A stretch of DNA of 64,000 nucleotides from Synechococcus sp. (GTDB lineage Bacteria; Cyanobacteriota; Cyanobacteriia; PCC-6307; Cyanobiaceae). Both the position numbers and the translations under genes were made by a program. Within the stretch, counting starts at the first letter, position 1, and each line of letters begins with the position of its first letter. The stretch lies in assembly GCA_047284725.1 (NCBI GenBank), contig JBJBEO010000001.1, forward strand, positions 1,208,203 through 1,272,202, read 5' to 3'. Positions 52,652 to 63,069 of this stretch are shown here, piece after piece. Below the pieces are notes generated by a model. The model saw only the letters and a list, made by a program, of their open reading frames with translations. It was not told the origin of the DNA and did not search any database.

Positions 52652-53473
52652 ATGACAAACCACCGTCGTCTTTGGGTTTTCTTGCTGCTGACTTGGTCGC
52701 TTGCACCCTTATTTTGGCAACTTTATACATCTTTCAGTACCAATGAAGCGTTGATCACACCCTTTGCTTCAGATCTCCAACAACGATGGACCCTTCTCCA
52801 CTATCAAACCGTTCTCACTGCAGATCCGCCGTTCTGGAGGTATCTCTTGAACAGTGTGATTGTAGGCGCTGGCAGTACAGTCTTAACACTCTTGATCGCC
52901 ATTCCTGCAGCCTACGCGTTGACAAGAAGTCACAACAGGATCAGCAAAGTGGCGCGACTGTTTCTGGTTGTCGCTGCGCTTTTCCCCTACGTTTTACTGT
53001 TCTTAGCCCTGTTGGAGGTTGCCCGTAGCCTCAATCTTGGCAATCACCTCTTTGCCTTGACAATTCCCTACGCGGCTTTATCCCAGCCACTGGCCATTCT
53101 TCTCTTGTCTTCAGCCTTTAGGGATTTACCTATTGAGTTGGAGGAAGCCGCACGACTGGAAGGACTCGATCTATGGCAACGGTTGCGATGGATCCTGATT
53201 CCACTGATCGCTCCAGCTACCACCAGCACAGCCATTCTTGTTTTTCTTTTTGCGTGGAATGAGTATCCCATCGCCCTCACGTGGATTAGTGATTCCAGTC
53301 TTCTCACCTTGCCAGTTGCTATGGCCAGAATTGCAGGCTCATCCATCTACTCTGTTCCCTATGGTGCCTACGCTGCAGCAACGGTACTTGGCTCAATTCC
53401 TCTTGTTTTTCTTGTTTTGATCTTCCAGAAGTCGATTGTTTCCGGTTTGACCAGCGGAGCTGTCAAGGGATGA
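52652..53473 (+). CDS. Carbohydrate ABC transporter permease
   Basis: LP.ELEEAARLEG, FAWNEY, FQKSIVSGLTSGAVKG. Confidence 0.93.
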   Translation: MTNHRRLWVFLLLTWSLAPLFWQLYTSFSTNEALITPFASDLQQRWTLLHYQTVLTADPPFWRYLLNSVIVGAGSTVLTLLIAIPAAYALTRSHNRISKVARLFLVVAALFPYVLLFLALLEVARSLNLGNHLFALTIPYAALSQPLAILLLSSAFRDLPIELEEAARLEGLDLWQRLRWILIPLIAPATTSTAILVFLFAWNEYPIALTWISDSSLLTLPVAMARIAGSSIYSVPYGAYAAATVLGSIPLVFLVLIFQKSIVSGLTSGAVKG

Positions 53474-54444
53474 GTCTTTCCGTCACCAATCTCGGTCGCC
53501 GCATCGGAGATCGATGGATTCTCCGGCATCTTGACCTCCAGGTTCGAGAAGGAGAATGTCTTGCCTTGGTGGGCCCAAGTGGGTGTGGCAAGAGCACCAC
53601 ACTGCGCTTGATCGCCGGTCTTGACCGAGTAGACGAGGGCACGATCCGTCTCAATGACACGGACATCACCACAACAGCCGCCGTTGAACGCAAGGTGGGA
53701 ATGGTGTTCCAGAGCTATGCGCTGTTTCCGCATCTCAGTGTTTCCGCAAACCTTGAACTGGGTTTGAAAGTGAGAGGTATCAACAGGGATGAGCGACAGC
53801 AGAGGGTTCGTCGCGTGCTGCAACTGGTGCAGCTTGAAGAACAGGCAACACTGAAGCCGGCCCAACTGTCGGGAGGGCAACGTCAACGGGTGGCACTGGC
53901 TCGAGCCCTGTTGCGCGATCCTCAGATTTATCTGCTCGATGAGCCGATGAGCAATCTCGATGCACAATTGCGCGAAGAGTTAAGGCCCCAACTCCGTCGC
54001 CTCGTGCTTCAGGATCAGAAACCCGTGGTGTTTGTGACCCACGATCAGCATGAAGCGATGGCAATGGCCGATCGAATCGCCGTGCTTCGTCAAGGACGAA
54101 TTGAGCAGGTGGCAACTCCGATGGAGCTTTACCATCATCCTGAAACTCTCTTTGTAGCAGAATTCATTGGTCGCCCACAAATCAATCTTTTGCCACCTGA
54201 GCAAGGAGTGGTGAGGGCAATTCGACCTGAATCAATTGAACTGATCTCTGATGGAATCCCCTGTCGCCTCTTGCATCGAGAATGGCTGGGTCCCAGTCAG
54301 ATCTGGCAATTGGATTCGTCCATTGGGACATTGCGCATGATGATCGGCGCTGAACAGTCGGTTCCAGAGCGTATTGCTGTGGGATGGTCAACGCATCTAG
54401 AGCATCACTTCAATGTTGAAAACGGAAAACGAATCAGTGCTTAG
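53470..54444 (+). CDS. Carbohydrate ABC transporter ATP-binding protein
   Basis: [45 protein letters not shown]. Confidence 0.95.
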   Translation: MSLSVTNLGRRIGDRWILRHLDLQVREGECLALVGPSGCGKSTTLRLIAGLDRVDEGTIRLNDTDITTTAAVERKVGMVFQSYALFPHLSVSANLELGLKVRGINRDERQQRVRRVLQLVQLEEQATLKPAQLSGGQRQRVALARALLRDPQIYLLDEPMSNLDAQLREELRPQLRRLVLQDQKPVVFVTHDQHEAMAMADRIAVLRQGRIEQVATPMELYHHPETLFVAEFIGRPQINLLPPEQGVVRAIRPESIELISDGIPCRLLHREWLGPSQIWQLDSSIGTLRMMIGAEQSVPERIAVGWSTHLEHHFNVENGKRISA

Positions 54445-55547
54445 CCCAACGCACTGAATGACAGGAGTATTCGACGAAGCATTTCACCATGTTGTGCAGC
54501 ATCCTGTTTAATTGCCGCGATAGATTCCCCACTCGGAGGTTTCATCAGTTGTGCCTGCCATCGTGTCTGTAAGGCGTGATGCGTTGGCAGTTTGGCAAGA
54601 TCAACACAATCCACATCTGCCATCGCGGCAGCTGCCTCAACTTTAGGGTCATAACTCAAGGCTGCGCAGGGAGCTCCTGCCAACTGAGCCAGAATCAAGG
54701 CATGTAGACGCATCGGCAACACCAATTGCGCCCTTGCCATCAAGCCAAGTACTTGCTCGAGGCTCTGGGCAGTTTCAAATGTTGAACGTTGACGCAAGCT
54801 GATTGGGATCAAAGCGCGTTCGGTCAGCATCTCAGGCACCGCACCATCCTGACGCTGATGAAAAGCCAGCCAGGTGACTGGTAATTGATGGTTTTCTGCC
54901 AAGGTGTTGACTGCCTGGACGAGAGCAGCCCACCCCTGTGTATCCAACAGAGAGGTGGGTCTCCAGCACAGCACCAGTCCTGTCCTTTCCCATTGTGAAC
55001 AGCTGCCGCCTCTCCAGGGTTGACTGGGGTAGCTCCACACAGGATCTGATGCCATCAGCATCGGTACGCGCAATCCCCAGCGAGTCGCCATTCCCATTGA
55101 CCCTGGATCTCGCCAGCTGATCGCGGTCACGCTGGGGAGGATTGTTCGAACAAGAACGCGACTCAGCGTTCGGCGCAGGGGGCCAAGTCCCTGTCCCCAC
55201 AGAATCACGGGGATCCCTCTGCACCGCGCCAACCAGAGCAGACCGATGTAATACAGCAGGCTTTTCAATGACGTGCTGTCCTGCAAAAGACTGCCTCCGC
55301 CAAGAACGAGGGCATCCATGCTGGTTAGCGCCTTGGCTGTTTCCAGGAAGGAGCGACGCTGCACCACCAATGCAGAGGGTCTGAGGCCTGAGACAGCTTC
55401 ACGATCAAACGCCGTGATGCAGGCACTCCACTCTGAGGGAAGCTGTCCCAACAGAACACTCAGCAGAGCGTCATCTCCAAGGTTGTGCTCGCCGTAGTAG
55501 CCACACAGCATCACGGCCGGCTCACCCTTGGGTCTCCTTACCGACAT
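54441..55547 (-). CDS. csaB: Polysaccharide pyruvyl transferase CsaB-like
   Basis: GYYGEHNLGDDA, GGGSLLQDSTS, QGLGPL, MRLHALI, SYDPKV. Confidence 0.92.
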   Translation of the reverse strand: MSVRRPKGEPAVMLCGYYGEHNLGDDALLSVLLGQLPSEWSACITAFDREAVSGLRPSALVVQRRSFLETAKALTSMDALVLGGGSLLQDSTSLKSLLYYIGLLWLARCRGIPVILWGQGLGPLRRTLSRVLVRTILPSVTAISWRDPGSMGMATRWGLRVPMLMASDPVWSYPSQPWRGGSCSQWERTGLVLCWRPTSLLDTQGWAALVQAVNTLAENHQLPVTWLAFHQRQDGAVPEMLTERALIPISLRQRSTFETAQSLEQVLGLMARAQLVLPMRLHALILAQLAGAPCAALSYDPKVEAAAAMADVDCVDLAKLPTHHALQTRWQAQLMKPPSGESIAAIKQDAAQHGEMLRRILLSFSALG

Positions 55548-55616
55548 CGAGCACCCATTGATCCACTCATTATCGGTCGAAAGCTGCGCCTAGGCTGCGT
55601 TCAGCTTCCAACCTTG

Positions 55617-55949
55617 ATGCACGCCCTGTCACTTGGCACCTGGTGGATCCATGTGGCCTCTGTTCTGGAATGGATCCTGGCAATGGCGCTTCTGCGTTGG
55701 CAGGCACATCAGGAAAGGAATCCTGCCCTGATCTGGATGGCTGTGGCCATGACTCCAGCCCTGGTCAGCGCCATGGCAGCGTGCACCTGGCATTGGTTTG
55801 ACAACAGTGAGCAACTGCGCGGGCTGGTGGTGCTGCAGGCGGGGAGCACCGCCTTGGGAAACTGCGCACTCGCTGTTGCGGCCTGGAGTCTGCTGCGATC
55901 CGAGCAACAAGGGGCGTCTTCTGCAGCGAACCGTGAGAGCGACGCATGA
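55617..55949 (+). CDS. DUF2499 (Ycf49-like) membrane protein
   Basis: MHALSLGTWWIHVASVLEW, PAL.SAMAACTWH.FDN. Confidence 0.88.
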   Translation: MHALSLGTWWIHVASVLEWILAMALLRWQAHQERNPALIWMAVAMTPALVSAMAACTWHWFDNSEQLRGLVVLQAGSTALGNCALAVAAWSLLRSEQQGASSAANRESDA

Positions 55950-56275
55950 TGGCCTGGCTTCAAATGCTCGCTGGTATTGACCCCTCCCCATTCTTTGCCG
56001 TTTCACTCCTGCCCTATCTGCTTTTCCTGCGTTTGATCTCGCGGAGCAGAAGTGTTCACCCGCTCAGTCTGTTGGGGTTCCAGCTCACGTTGCTCTTCGT
56101 GGCGGTCACGATCGGCGCAGCCATCATCGCGCTGAAGATGTTTGACAGCGAACTGGTGGGCATCGATTCCCTCCATGGTGGAGCTGAAGCCTTTCTCACA
56201 CTGAGTAATGCACTGGTGGTGGCAGGGCTTCTACGGCGACTTCGTCAGACCACAGACGTTGAACAGGGTGAATAA
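55946..56275 (+). CDS. DUF3593 membrane protein
   Basis: FAVSLLPYL.FL, GF..TL.FV.VTI, LHGGAEAFLTLSN. Confidence 0.85.
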   Translation: MMAWLQMLAGIDPSPFFAVSLLPYLLFLRLISRSRSVHPLSLLGFQLTLLFVAVTIGAAIIALKMFDSELVGIDSLHGGAEAFLTLSNALVVAGLLRRLRQTTDVEQGE

Positions 56276-56339
56276 CTCTTACGAGGATGAGAAGGGTGCT
56301 GCCCAATCCCTGAAGATAAAGTGTCTATTCAGGGTTTGC

Positions 56340-56597
56340 ATGTTCACCCCGCTCCTGGCCATCGCTCCCGCCTCCTTCAGCTGGTCCCCGAAAGTGGCCC
56401 TGGTGATGATCGTTTGCAATGTCATCGCCATTGGCCTCGGCAAAGCCACGATCAAATATCCCAACGAAGGTGCGAAGCTGCCAAACGCAGCCTTCTTCGG
56501 TGGCATGGGTCACGCAGCCTTACTCGGCACCACCAGCCTTGGTCACATCCTTGGCATTGGTGCCATCCAGGGCCTGGCAGCACGCGGCGTCCTTTGA
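56340..56597 (+). CDS. psaK: Photosystem I subunit PsaK
   Basis: WSPKVALVMIVCNVIAI, TSLGHILGIGAI.GL. Confidence 0.95.
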   Translation: MFTPLLAIAPASFSWSPKVALVMIVCNVIAIGLGKATIKYPNEGAKLPNAAFFGGMGHAALLGTTSLGHILGIGAIQGLAARGVL

Positions 56598-56608
56598 GGA
56601 TTCAGAAA

Positions 56609-56636
56609 TGGAAGAGGGCACACCAACCCTCTTCCA
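56609..56636. terminator. Hairpin between convergent psaK and dxs
   Basis: TGGAAGAGGG-N8-CCCTCTTCCA perfect 10-bp inverted repeat. Confidence 0.6.
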
Positions 56637-56679
56637 GCCGACTCGGCTCCATTTTCCCTGAGATGCCAGTGCTGGTGGC

Positions 56680-58608
56680 TTAAGCCACAGTTGATGCCTT
56701 CTCGGGAATTTTTGCTGAAGCGTGTGTCCAAGCGAAGCTCTCACAGATGCGTCGGGTCATCTGTGCTGGTGTCAGCCCCAGGCGCTCAAAGCTTTGCTGC
56801 GGAGTTGCATGATCGACGAGTTGATCTGGAATCCCAATACGCAACATCGGCACTTGGATGTTGTGATCACTGAACGACTCGAGTACAGCCGCGCCGAAGC
56901 CTCCTGCAAGGGCGCCCTCTTCCATCGTCACAACTTTGCCGATACTGCGTGCGAGCGGATGGATCAAGGCCTGATCAAGGGGGCGAAGGAAACGTGCATT
57001 GACGACGGTGGCCTGAACTCCGGCAGCACTGAGTAGCTCAGCGGTTTCGATCGCTCGGCTGACCATTGAGCCGTACGCAACGATTAGTAGATCGTCTCCG
57101 CTGCGCACTGTTTCACCGCATCCAACGGTCAGAGGTTCCCAACCTTCCTCCATCAGAGGAACACCTTCTCCAGGTCCCCTCGGAATCCTCAGAGCGGTGG
57201 GTCCGTTGTGCTGAAGGCAGGTCACCATCATGCGCTGGAGCTCCGCCTCATCCTTGGGGGCCATCACCGTGAAGTTAGGGATTGCCCGGAAATAACTGAT
57301 GTCGTACTGGCCCTGATGGGTCGGCCCATCGGCACCGACGATGCCGGCTCGGTCGAGCACAAACGTGACCGGCAGCTTCTGAATGCCCACATCGTGAATG
57401 AGCTGGTCATAGGCCCTTTGCAAAAACGTGCTGTAGATGGCCACAACAGGTTTGAGTCCTTCGCATGCCATGCCTGCGGCAAGGGTGACGGCGTGTTGCT
57501 CAGCGATACCGACATCGACATATTGAGACGGGATCTCTTTCTGAAGAAGGTCGAGACCTGTCCCGGTTGCCATGGCAGCGGTGATGCCGATCACCTGGGG
57601 GTCCTGCTCGCAGAGCTTGACCAGAGTCTGGCCAAACACTTTGCTGTAACTCTGAGGCTTCGGTGTTTTGCTCGGACGTGCCTTGCCAGTTTCAAGGTCG
57701 AATGCCGACTGAGCGTGATACCCGACCTGATCCGCTTCGGCATAGGGATAACCCTTACCCTTCGTGGTGACCACATGCACCATCACGGGCCCACCGACAC
57801 GGTGGGCAGCCTGGAAGGTGCGGGTCATTTCTGCGATGTCGTGACCATCGATGGGGCCCATGTAGGTGAAGCCAAGCTCCTCGAACACGGCTCCCACCTT
57901 GGGGACAGCGAGACGTCGCATGCTGTCTTTGAGGCGGTTCAGCTCAGGGGGAATTTCACCGCCCATGAACGGGAGATGCTTCATGCTCTCCTCCACGCTG
58001 CCTGAGATGAACTGCATGGGGGGACTGAGCCGCATGCGATTCAGGTAGGTGGACAAGGCACCCACTGGTGGAGAAATCGACATGTCGTTGTCGTTGAGCA
58101 CCACCAACAACGGCGTAGTGGGGAGATGTCCCGCATGGTTGATCGCCTCGAGTGCCATGCCCCCGGTGAGGGCACCATCACCAATCACGGCAACGCATTT
58201 GAACTCTTCACCGCGACGATCGCGGGCGATCGCCATGCCAAGGGCAGCAGAAATTGATGTGCTGGCATGACCGGCACCGAAATGATCGAATTCGCTCTCA
58301 CAGCGCTTCAGATAGCCAGCGACACCATTCTGTTGACGCAGAGTGTGGAAATCGCCGTAACGGCCTGTAAGGAGCTTGTGGGGATAGGCCTGATGACCGA
58401 CATCCCAGACAACTCTGTCTCGATCAAGATCGAGGGTTTGGTAAAGGGCCAGGGTAAGTTCGACGACGCCCAGGCCAGGGCCCAGGTGGCCACCGCTCTT
58501 GGACACCACTTCGAGGTGCCGTTCGCGGATCTGAGTTGCAATGGCCTCAAGCTCCTGCACCGACATGCCATGGAGCTGGTTGGGGTGGGTCAACTCACTC
58601 AGATGCAT
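56680..58608 (-). CDS. dxs: 1-deoxy-D-xylulose-5-phosphate synthase
   Basis: [41 protein letters not shown]. Confidence 0.99.
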   Translation of the reverse strand: MHLSELTHPNQLHGMSVQELEAIATQIRERHLEVVSKSGGHLGPGLGVVELTLALYQTLDLDRDRVVWDVGHQAYPHKLLTGRYGDFHTLRQQNGVAGYLKRCESEFDHFGAGHASTSISAALGMAIARDRRGEEFKCVAVIGDGALTGGMALEAINHAGHLPTTPLLVVLNDNDMSISPPVGALSTYLNRMRLSPPMQFISGSVEESMKHLPFMGGEIPPELNRLKDSMRRLAVPKVGAVFEELGFTYMGPIDGHDIAEMTRTFQAAHRVGGPVMVHVVTTKGKGYPYAEADQVGYHAQSAFDLETGKARPSKTPKPQSYSKVFGQTLVKLCEQDPQVIGITAAMATGTGLDLLQKEIPSQYVDVGIAEQHAVTLAAGMACEGLKPVVAIYSTFLQRAYDQLIHDVGIQKLPVTFVLDRAGIVGADGPTHQGQYDISYFRAIPNFTVMAPKDEAELQRMMVTCLQHNGPTALRIPRGPGEGVPLMEEGWEPLTVGCGETVRSGDDLLIVAYGSMVSRAIETAELLSAAGVQATVVNARFLRPLDQALIHPLARSIGKVVTMEEGALAGGFGAAVLESFSDHNIQVPMLRIGIPDQLVDHATPQQSFERLGLTPAQMTRRICESFAWTHASAKIPEKASTVA

Positions 58609-58676
58609 TCCCGTCCGCCGGCCGATCAGGCCAATCTACGGGGCACCCGGCAGCAGCGGCGAGACACAATGACCGG

Positions 58677-60224
58677 ATGGATCACTACTTGCCCCGTATC
58701 CTTCGCGCCCGTGTCTACGACGTGGCACGGGAAACACCTTTAGAGCAAGCCATCAATCTCAGTCGCAGACTTCACAACAGCGTTTGGCTCAAGCGCGAAG
58801 ACCTCCAGCCCGTGTTCTCCTTCAAATTGCGCGGCGCCTACAACCGCATGGCCCAGCTCAGCACAGACGAGCTGGGGCGAGGGGTGATCGCATCGAGTGC
58901 GGGTAACCATGCCCAGGGTGTTGCACTCAGTGCCCAGCAGTTGCGCTGCAAGGCCGTCATTGTGATGCCGATCACCACACCTGACGTGAAGGTGCAAGCG
59001 GTACGAGCCCGAGGCGCCGAGGTTGTTCTGCATGGTGAGACCTACGACGAGGCCTACGCCGAGGCCATGCGTCGGAGTGAAGCCGATGGGCTCTGTTTCA
59101 TTCATCCCTTTGATGATCCAGAGGTCATTGCCGGCCAGGGAACGATCGGCATGGAAATCCTGCGTCAGATCCACCAGACCCCCGATGCGATTTATGTGGC
59201 GGTGGGGGGAGGTGGCCTGATCGGTGGGATCTCGGCTTATGTCAAAAGTCTCTGGCCCGACGTGAAAGTGATCGGGGTCGAACCCCATGACGCTGCCGCC
59301 ATGACCTTGTCGTTGGAGGCAGGAGAGCGGATTCGTCTGCCCCAGGTCGGCCTCTTTGCCGATGGCGTCGCGGTGCGAGAGGTGGGGGAAAACACCTTTG
59401 CGCTGGCCCAGCGCTACGTGGACGCCATGGTCACGGTGGGAACAGATGAGATCTGCGCGGCCATCAAAGATGTGTTTGAAGACACACGCTCCATCCTCGA
59501 GCCTGCTGGAGCCCTGGCGATCGCGGGACTGAAGGCAGATGTGGTTCGGCGGGGATTAAAAGATCAGGTCCTGGTGGCCGTCGCCTGCGGCGCCAATATG
59601 AACTTCGATCGTCTTCGTTTTGTGGCGGAGCGGGCGGAGCTGGGTGAAGAACGCGAGGCCATGCTGGCCGTGCAGATTCCAGAAAAGGCCGGCAGTCTGC
59701 GTCAGCTCTGCGAATGCCTGGAACGTCGCAGTCTGACGGAATTCAGCTACCGCATGAGTGATGGCCCCACGGCTCAGATCTTCATGGGTGTGCAGGTGCA
59801 AGGTCCCGATGATCGACGGGCTCTGATCGCCTTGCTTCAAGATCAGGGATTTCCTTGTCAGGATCTCAGCGACGATGAACTGGCCAAGGTTCATCTCAGG
59901 CACATGGTGGGGGGTCGCTTACCAGCCTCTGCCCAGTGCCGTCACGATGACGACTGCCTTGAGCTGTTGTATCGCTTTGAGTTCCCCGAACGTCCCGGGG
60001 CGCTGATGACCTTTGTCACCGCGTTAAGACCGGAATGGACCATCAGCATCTTCCATTACCGCAACCATGGAGCGGATGTGGGCCGCATCGTGGTGGGAGT
60101 TTTGGTGAAGAACACAGACCTGGAGAACTGGAACACCTTTCTGCGGGATGTGGGCTACCCCAGCTGGGAAGAAACCGGAAATCCCGCCTATCGGCTCTTC
60201 CTTGGCCAGTCAAGCCCTGTCTGA
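58677..60224 (+). CDS. ilvA: Biosynthetic threonine ammonia-lyase
   Basis: KREDLQPVFSFKLRGA, SAGNHAQG, VGGGGL, FEFPERPGAL regulatory domain; start MDHYL. Confidence 0.98.
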   Translation: MDHYLPRILRARVYDVARETPLEQAINLSRRLHNSVWLKREDLQPVFSFKLRGAYNRMAQLSTDELGRGVIASSAGNHAQGVALSAQQLRCKAVIVMPITTPDVKVQAVRARGAEVVLHGETYDEAYAEAMRRSEADGLCFIHPFDDPEVIAGQGTIGMEILRQIHQTPDAIYVAVGGGGLIGGISAYVKSLWPDVKVIGVEPHDAAAMTLSLEAGERIRLPQVGLFADGVAVREVGENTFALAQRYVDAMVTVGTDEICAAIKDVFEDTRSILEPAGALAIAGLKADVVRRGLKDQVLVAVACGANMNFDRLRFVAERAELGEEREAMLAVQIPEKAGSLRQLCECLERRSLTEFSYRMSDGPTAQIFMGVQVQGPDDRRALIALLQDQGFPCQDLSDDELAKVHLRHMVGGRLPASAQCRHDDDCLELLYRFEFPERPGALMTFVTALRPEWTISIFHYRNHGADVGRIVVGVLVKNTDLENWNTFLRDVGYPSWEETGNPAYRLFLGQSSPV

Positions 60225-60265
60225 AATCGTCGCAGACGATAAGTTGAAGTGCTGTTTGTTGGAGG

Positions 60266-60802
60266 GTGATGGCACAGACGCACGAGATCTCCCTTCCAGC
60301 CAGGCTTGAGGCCATCCTGTATCTCAAAGGCACACCGGTTGGATTGAAGGAGTTGGCTCGGCTCGCCGAGACCAGCGAATCCCTGGTGGAGCAAGCCATG
60401 CTGGCGCTTGAAGCCAGCTACGCACAACGCGATACAGCCTTGGAAATTGTTGTCGGCAGCAGCACCTACAGCCTGCAGTTGCGCGCTGGTCTTGGAGAAT
60501 TGGTACGCGATCTGTTGCCCGTCAACCTGTCAACGGCATGCCTGCGCACACTGGCGACGATCGCTCTGAAGAAGCGGGTCCTGCAGTCGGATCTCGTCGA
60601 CCTGCGAGGGTCTGGTGCCTATGACCACATCAAGGAGTTGCTGGCCCAGAACTTCATCGAGAGAAAACGCCAGAGTGAAGGCCGTTCTTACTGGCTCACT
60701 CTCACGGACAAATTTCATCGCACCTTTTCTGTGTTGCCGCCGACCGGTCCCGATGGTGATGCTGCGATCGAGCCGAACGACGAATCCGCTCAGGCTGCAT
60801 AG
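60266..60802 (+). CDS. scpB: SMC-Scp complex subunit ScpB
   Basis: LEAILY, LS.A.LRTLATIA, LRG, T.KF...F winged-helix pattern. Confidence 0.92.
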   Translation: MMAQTHEISLPARLEAILYLKGTPVGLKELARLAETSESLVEQAMLALEASYAQRDTALEIVVGSSTYSLQLRAGLGELVRDLLPVNLSTACLRTLATIALKKRVLQSDLVDLRGSGAYDHIKELLAQNFIERKRQSEGRSYWLTLTDKFHRTFSVLPPTGPDGDAAIEPNDESAQAA

Positions 60803-60826
60803 AGTCGTTGCAGGTCCACAGGAACC

Positions 60827-61135
60827 ATGTCTTCAGACGTCCTCTTTTATTTGGCAAAACTGCTGGGTGTGTTGGCCAGCACCATCGGCATCTACCTCTT
60901 CGTGTTGCTGGTGCGCGTTCTCCTGAGCTGGTTCCCCAACCTCGACTGGGGCGGCAACCCAGCCCTCAGTGCGATCAGCTCCATCACAGACCCTTATCTC
61001 AATACGTTTCGCGGGATCATTCCTCCACTGGGCGGGCTTGATCTTTCGGCGATCCTCGCCTTCATCGTGCTCAACCTTGCGCAGGGTTGGATGCAAGGTC
61101 TGAGTGCCCAGCTTCTCAACGCCAGCTACGGCTGA
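60827..61135 (+). CDS. YggT/YlmG family membrane protein
   Basis: RVLLSWFPN, TDPYLN.FR.IIPPLGGLDLS. Confidence 0.93.
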   Translation: MSSDVLFYLAKLLGVLASTIGIYLFVLLVRVLLSWFPNLDWGGNPALSAISSITDPYLNTFRGIIPPLGGLDLSAILAFIVLNLAQGWMQGLSAQLLNASYG

Positions 61136-61152
61136 CGACTGGAAGGCTCCAT

Positions 61153-61175
61153 TGACGTTGGCATCGCCAACGTCA
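61153..61175. terminator. Hairpin between convergent yggT and mazG-like gene
   Basis: TGACGTTGGC-ATC-GCCAACGTCA perfect 10-bp inverted repeat overlapping the minus-strand stop codon. Confidence 0.6.
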
Positions 61176-61502
61176 GCGGTGATCCCCGCTTCCAGACAGG
61201 CGACCACGTGAAGCTCGGCTGCTCAACTTCTCCAGGTTGCTCGCTGCAACCTCCTCGAGGCTGAAGCCCAGTTCGCTGGAGAGCTGAGCCACATACCAGA
61301 GCACGTCACCCAACTCCAGCTTGATCGCCTCCCGACTCTCACGATCAAACTCTCCGCCTCGATCACGCAGCACTTTTTTCACTTTGTCGGACACTTCACC
61401 GGCCTCTCCCGTTAAGCCCAGGGTGGGATAAATCGGGTTGGATCCAACCTCGGGATACCTGGCTGTTTCACGAGCCGACTGCTGATAGGCGTTCAGATCC
61501 AT
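61173..61502 (-). CDS. MazG-like nucleoside triphosphate pyrophosphohydrolase
   Basis: LGLTGEAGEV.DKVKK, ELGDVLWY, NLEKL..R..RG..GSGD.R. Confidence 0.92.
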   Translation of the reverse strand: MDLNAYQQSARETARYPEVGSNPIYPTLGLTGEAGEVSDKVKKVLRDRGGEFDRESREAIKLELGDVLWYVAQLSSELGFSLEEVAASNLEKLSSRASRGRLSGSGDHR

Positions 61503-61589
61503 GGCCTTGTTGCTCCCTGCTCAGATCAAAGGCCACGACAGGCCCGTTCGCACTGGAGGGTAGATTCCCCTTTGTTCAAGGCCCAGTGG

Positions 61590-63059
61590 ATGGCGCAAAT
61601 CGATCTGTCGCGTAGAACCAAGATCGTGGCCACCATTGGCCCAGCCACCGAGAGTCCCGAACGACTTCGGGAACTCATCCAAGCTGGCGCTACTACCTTC
61701 CGACTCAACTTTTCCCACGGCGACCACAGCGAGCACGCCGCTCGGATCCAGACCATTCGTCAGGTCTCTGCTGAACTCGGGCAACACATCGGCATTCTTC
61801 AGGATCTTCAGGGTCCGAAAATTCGTCTGGGACGTTTCGCGGATGGTCCGATCACCCTTGCCAACGGAGACCCCTTCACCCTGACCTCAAGGGCTGTGGC
61901 CTGCAATCAAGAGATTGCCACCGTCACCTACGACAAACTGGCTGATGAGGTGACGCCTGGAAGCCGCATCCTTCTTGATGATGGCCGTGTGGAGATGAAG
62001 GTTGATCGTGTTCAGAAGGACGATCAAACCCTGCATTGCACCGTCACAGTGGGTGGCGTGCTGTCGAACAACAAAGGCGTCAACTTCCCGGACGTGCAGC
62101 TGTCCGTTCGCGCGCTGACAGACAAGGACAAAACCGACCTGGCCTTTGGTCTCGAGCAAGGGGTGGACTGGGTGGCCCTCAGCTTTGTTCGAAACCCGTC
62201 CGACATGCAGGAGATCCGCGATCTGATTCGACAGCACGGTCACACCACTCCTGTGGTCGCCAAGATCGAAAAATTCGAGGCCATTGATCAGATCGATTCG
62301 ATCCTGCCTCTGTGTGACGGGGTGATGGTCGCCCGTGGCGATCTCGGTGTGGAGATGCCAGCCGAGGAAGTGCCGCTATTGCAGAAGGAACTGATTCAGA
62401 AAGCGAACAGCCTTGGCATTCCGATCATCACAGCCACACAGATGCTTGATTCGATGGCATCCAGTCCTCGACCGACTCGCGCTGAAGTGAGTGATGTGGC
62501 GAACGCGATTCTCGATGGCACCGATGCAGTGATGCTGTCGAATGAGACTGCCGTCGGTGATTTTCCTGTAGAGGCAGTGGAAACGATGGCCACCATCGCT
62601 CGGCGCATCGAAAAGGATTATCCGCAGCGAATGATTGACAGCCACCTGCCGAGCACCATTCCCAATGCGATCAGCAGCGCGGTGAGCACGATCGCGGCCC
62701 ATCTCAACGCATCAGCGATTCTGCCGCTGACCAAAAGCGGAGCGACCGCCCACAACGTCAGCAAATTCCGCCCTGCAGCGCCTGTACTCGCCATTACGAG
62801 CGATGCTGCGGTTGCTCGCAAATTGCAGCTTGTCTGGGGTGTGACCCCCCTGCTGACGGAGGTGCATGAACGGACCTCTGCGACCTTCGCCGCCGCCATG
62901 GCCATCGCCCATGAACGCGGCTGGTTGAAATCGGGGGATCTTGTTGTGCAGACCGCCGGTACTCAACCTGAGGTGTCCGGATCGACCGATCTGGTGAAGG
63001 TGGGCATCGTCGGCAACGATGGACTGCTCGACAACGGCCTTTCCCACGCCACGATCTGA
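61590..63059 (+). CDS. pyk: Pyruvate kinase
   Basis: TKIVATIGP, RLNFSHG, DLQGPKIR, AKIE, MVARGDLG, ATQML.SM, MLSNETA. Confidence 0.98.
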   Translation: MAQIDLSRRTKIVATIGPATESPERLRELIQAGATTFRLNFSHGDHSEHAARIQTIRQVSAELGQHIGILQDLQGPKIRLGRFADGPITLANGDPFTLTSRAVACNQEIATVTYDKLADEVTPGSRILLDDGRVEMKVDRVQKDDQTLHCTVTVGGVLSNNKGVNFPDVQLSVRALTDKDKTDLAFGLEQGVDWVALSFVRNPSDMQEIRDLIRQHGHTTPVVAKIEKFEAIDQIDSILPLCDGVMVARGDLGVEMPAEEVPLLQKELIQKANSLGIPIITATQMLDSMASSPRPTRAEVSDVANAILDGTDAVMLSNETAVGDFPVEAVETMATIARRIEKDYPQRMIDSHLPSTIPNAISSAVSTIAAHLNASAILPLTKSGATAHNVSKFRPAAPVLAITSDAAVARKLQLVWGVTPLLTEVHERTSATFAAAMAIAHERGWLKSGDLVVQTAGTQPEVSGSTDLVKVGIVGNDGLLDNGLSHATI

Positions 63060-63069
63060 GTGTTTCCCC

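Noticed and set aside
61173..61502. MazG-like gene as a phage or defence marker
   Set aside because: Single small housekeeping-type NTP pyrophosphohydrolase among core genes, with no toxin, nucleotide kinase or phage neighbours
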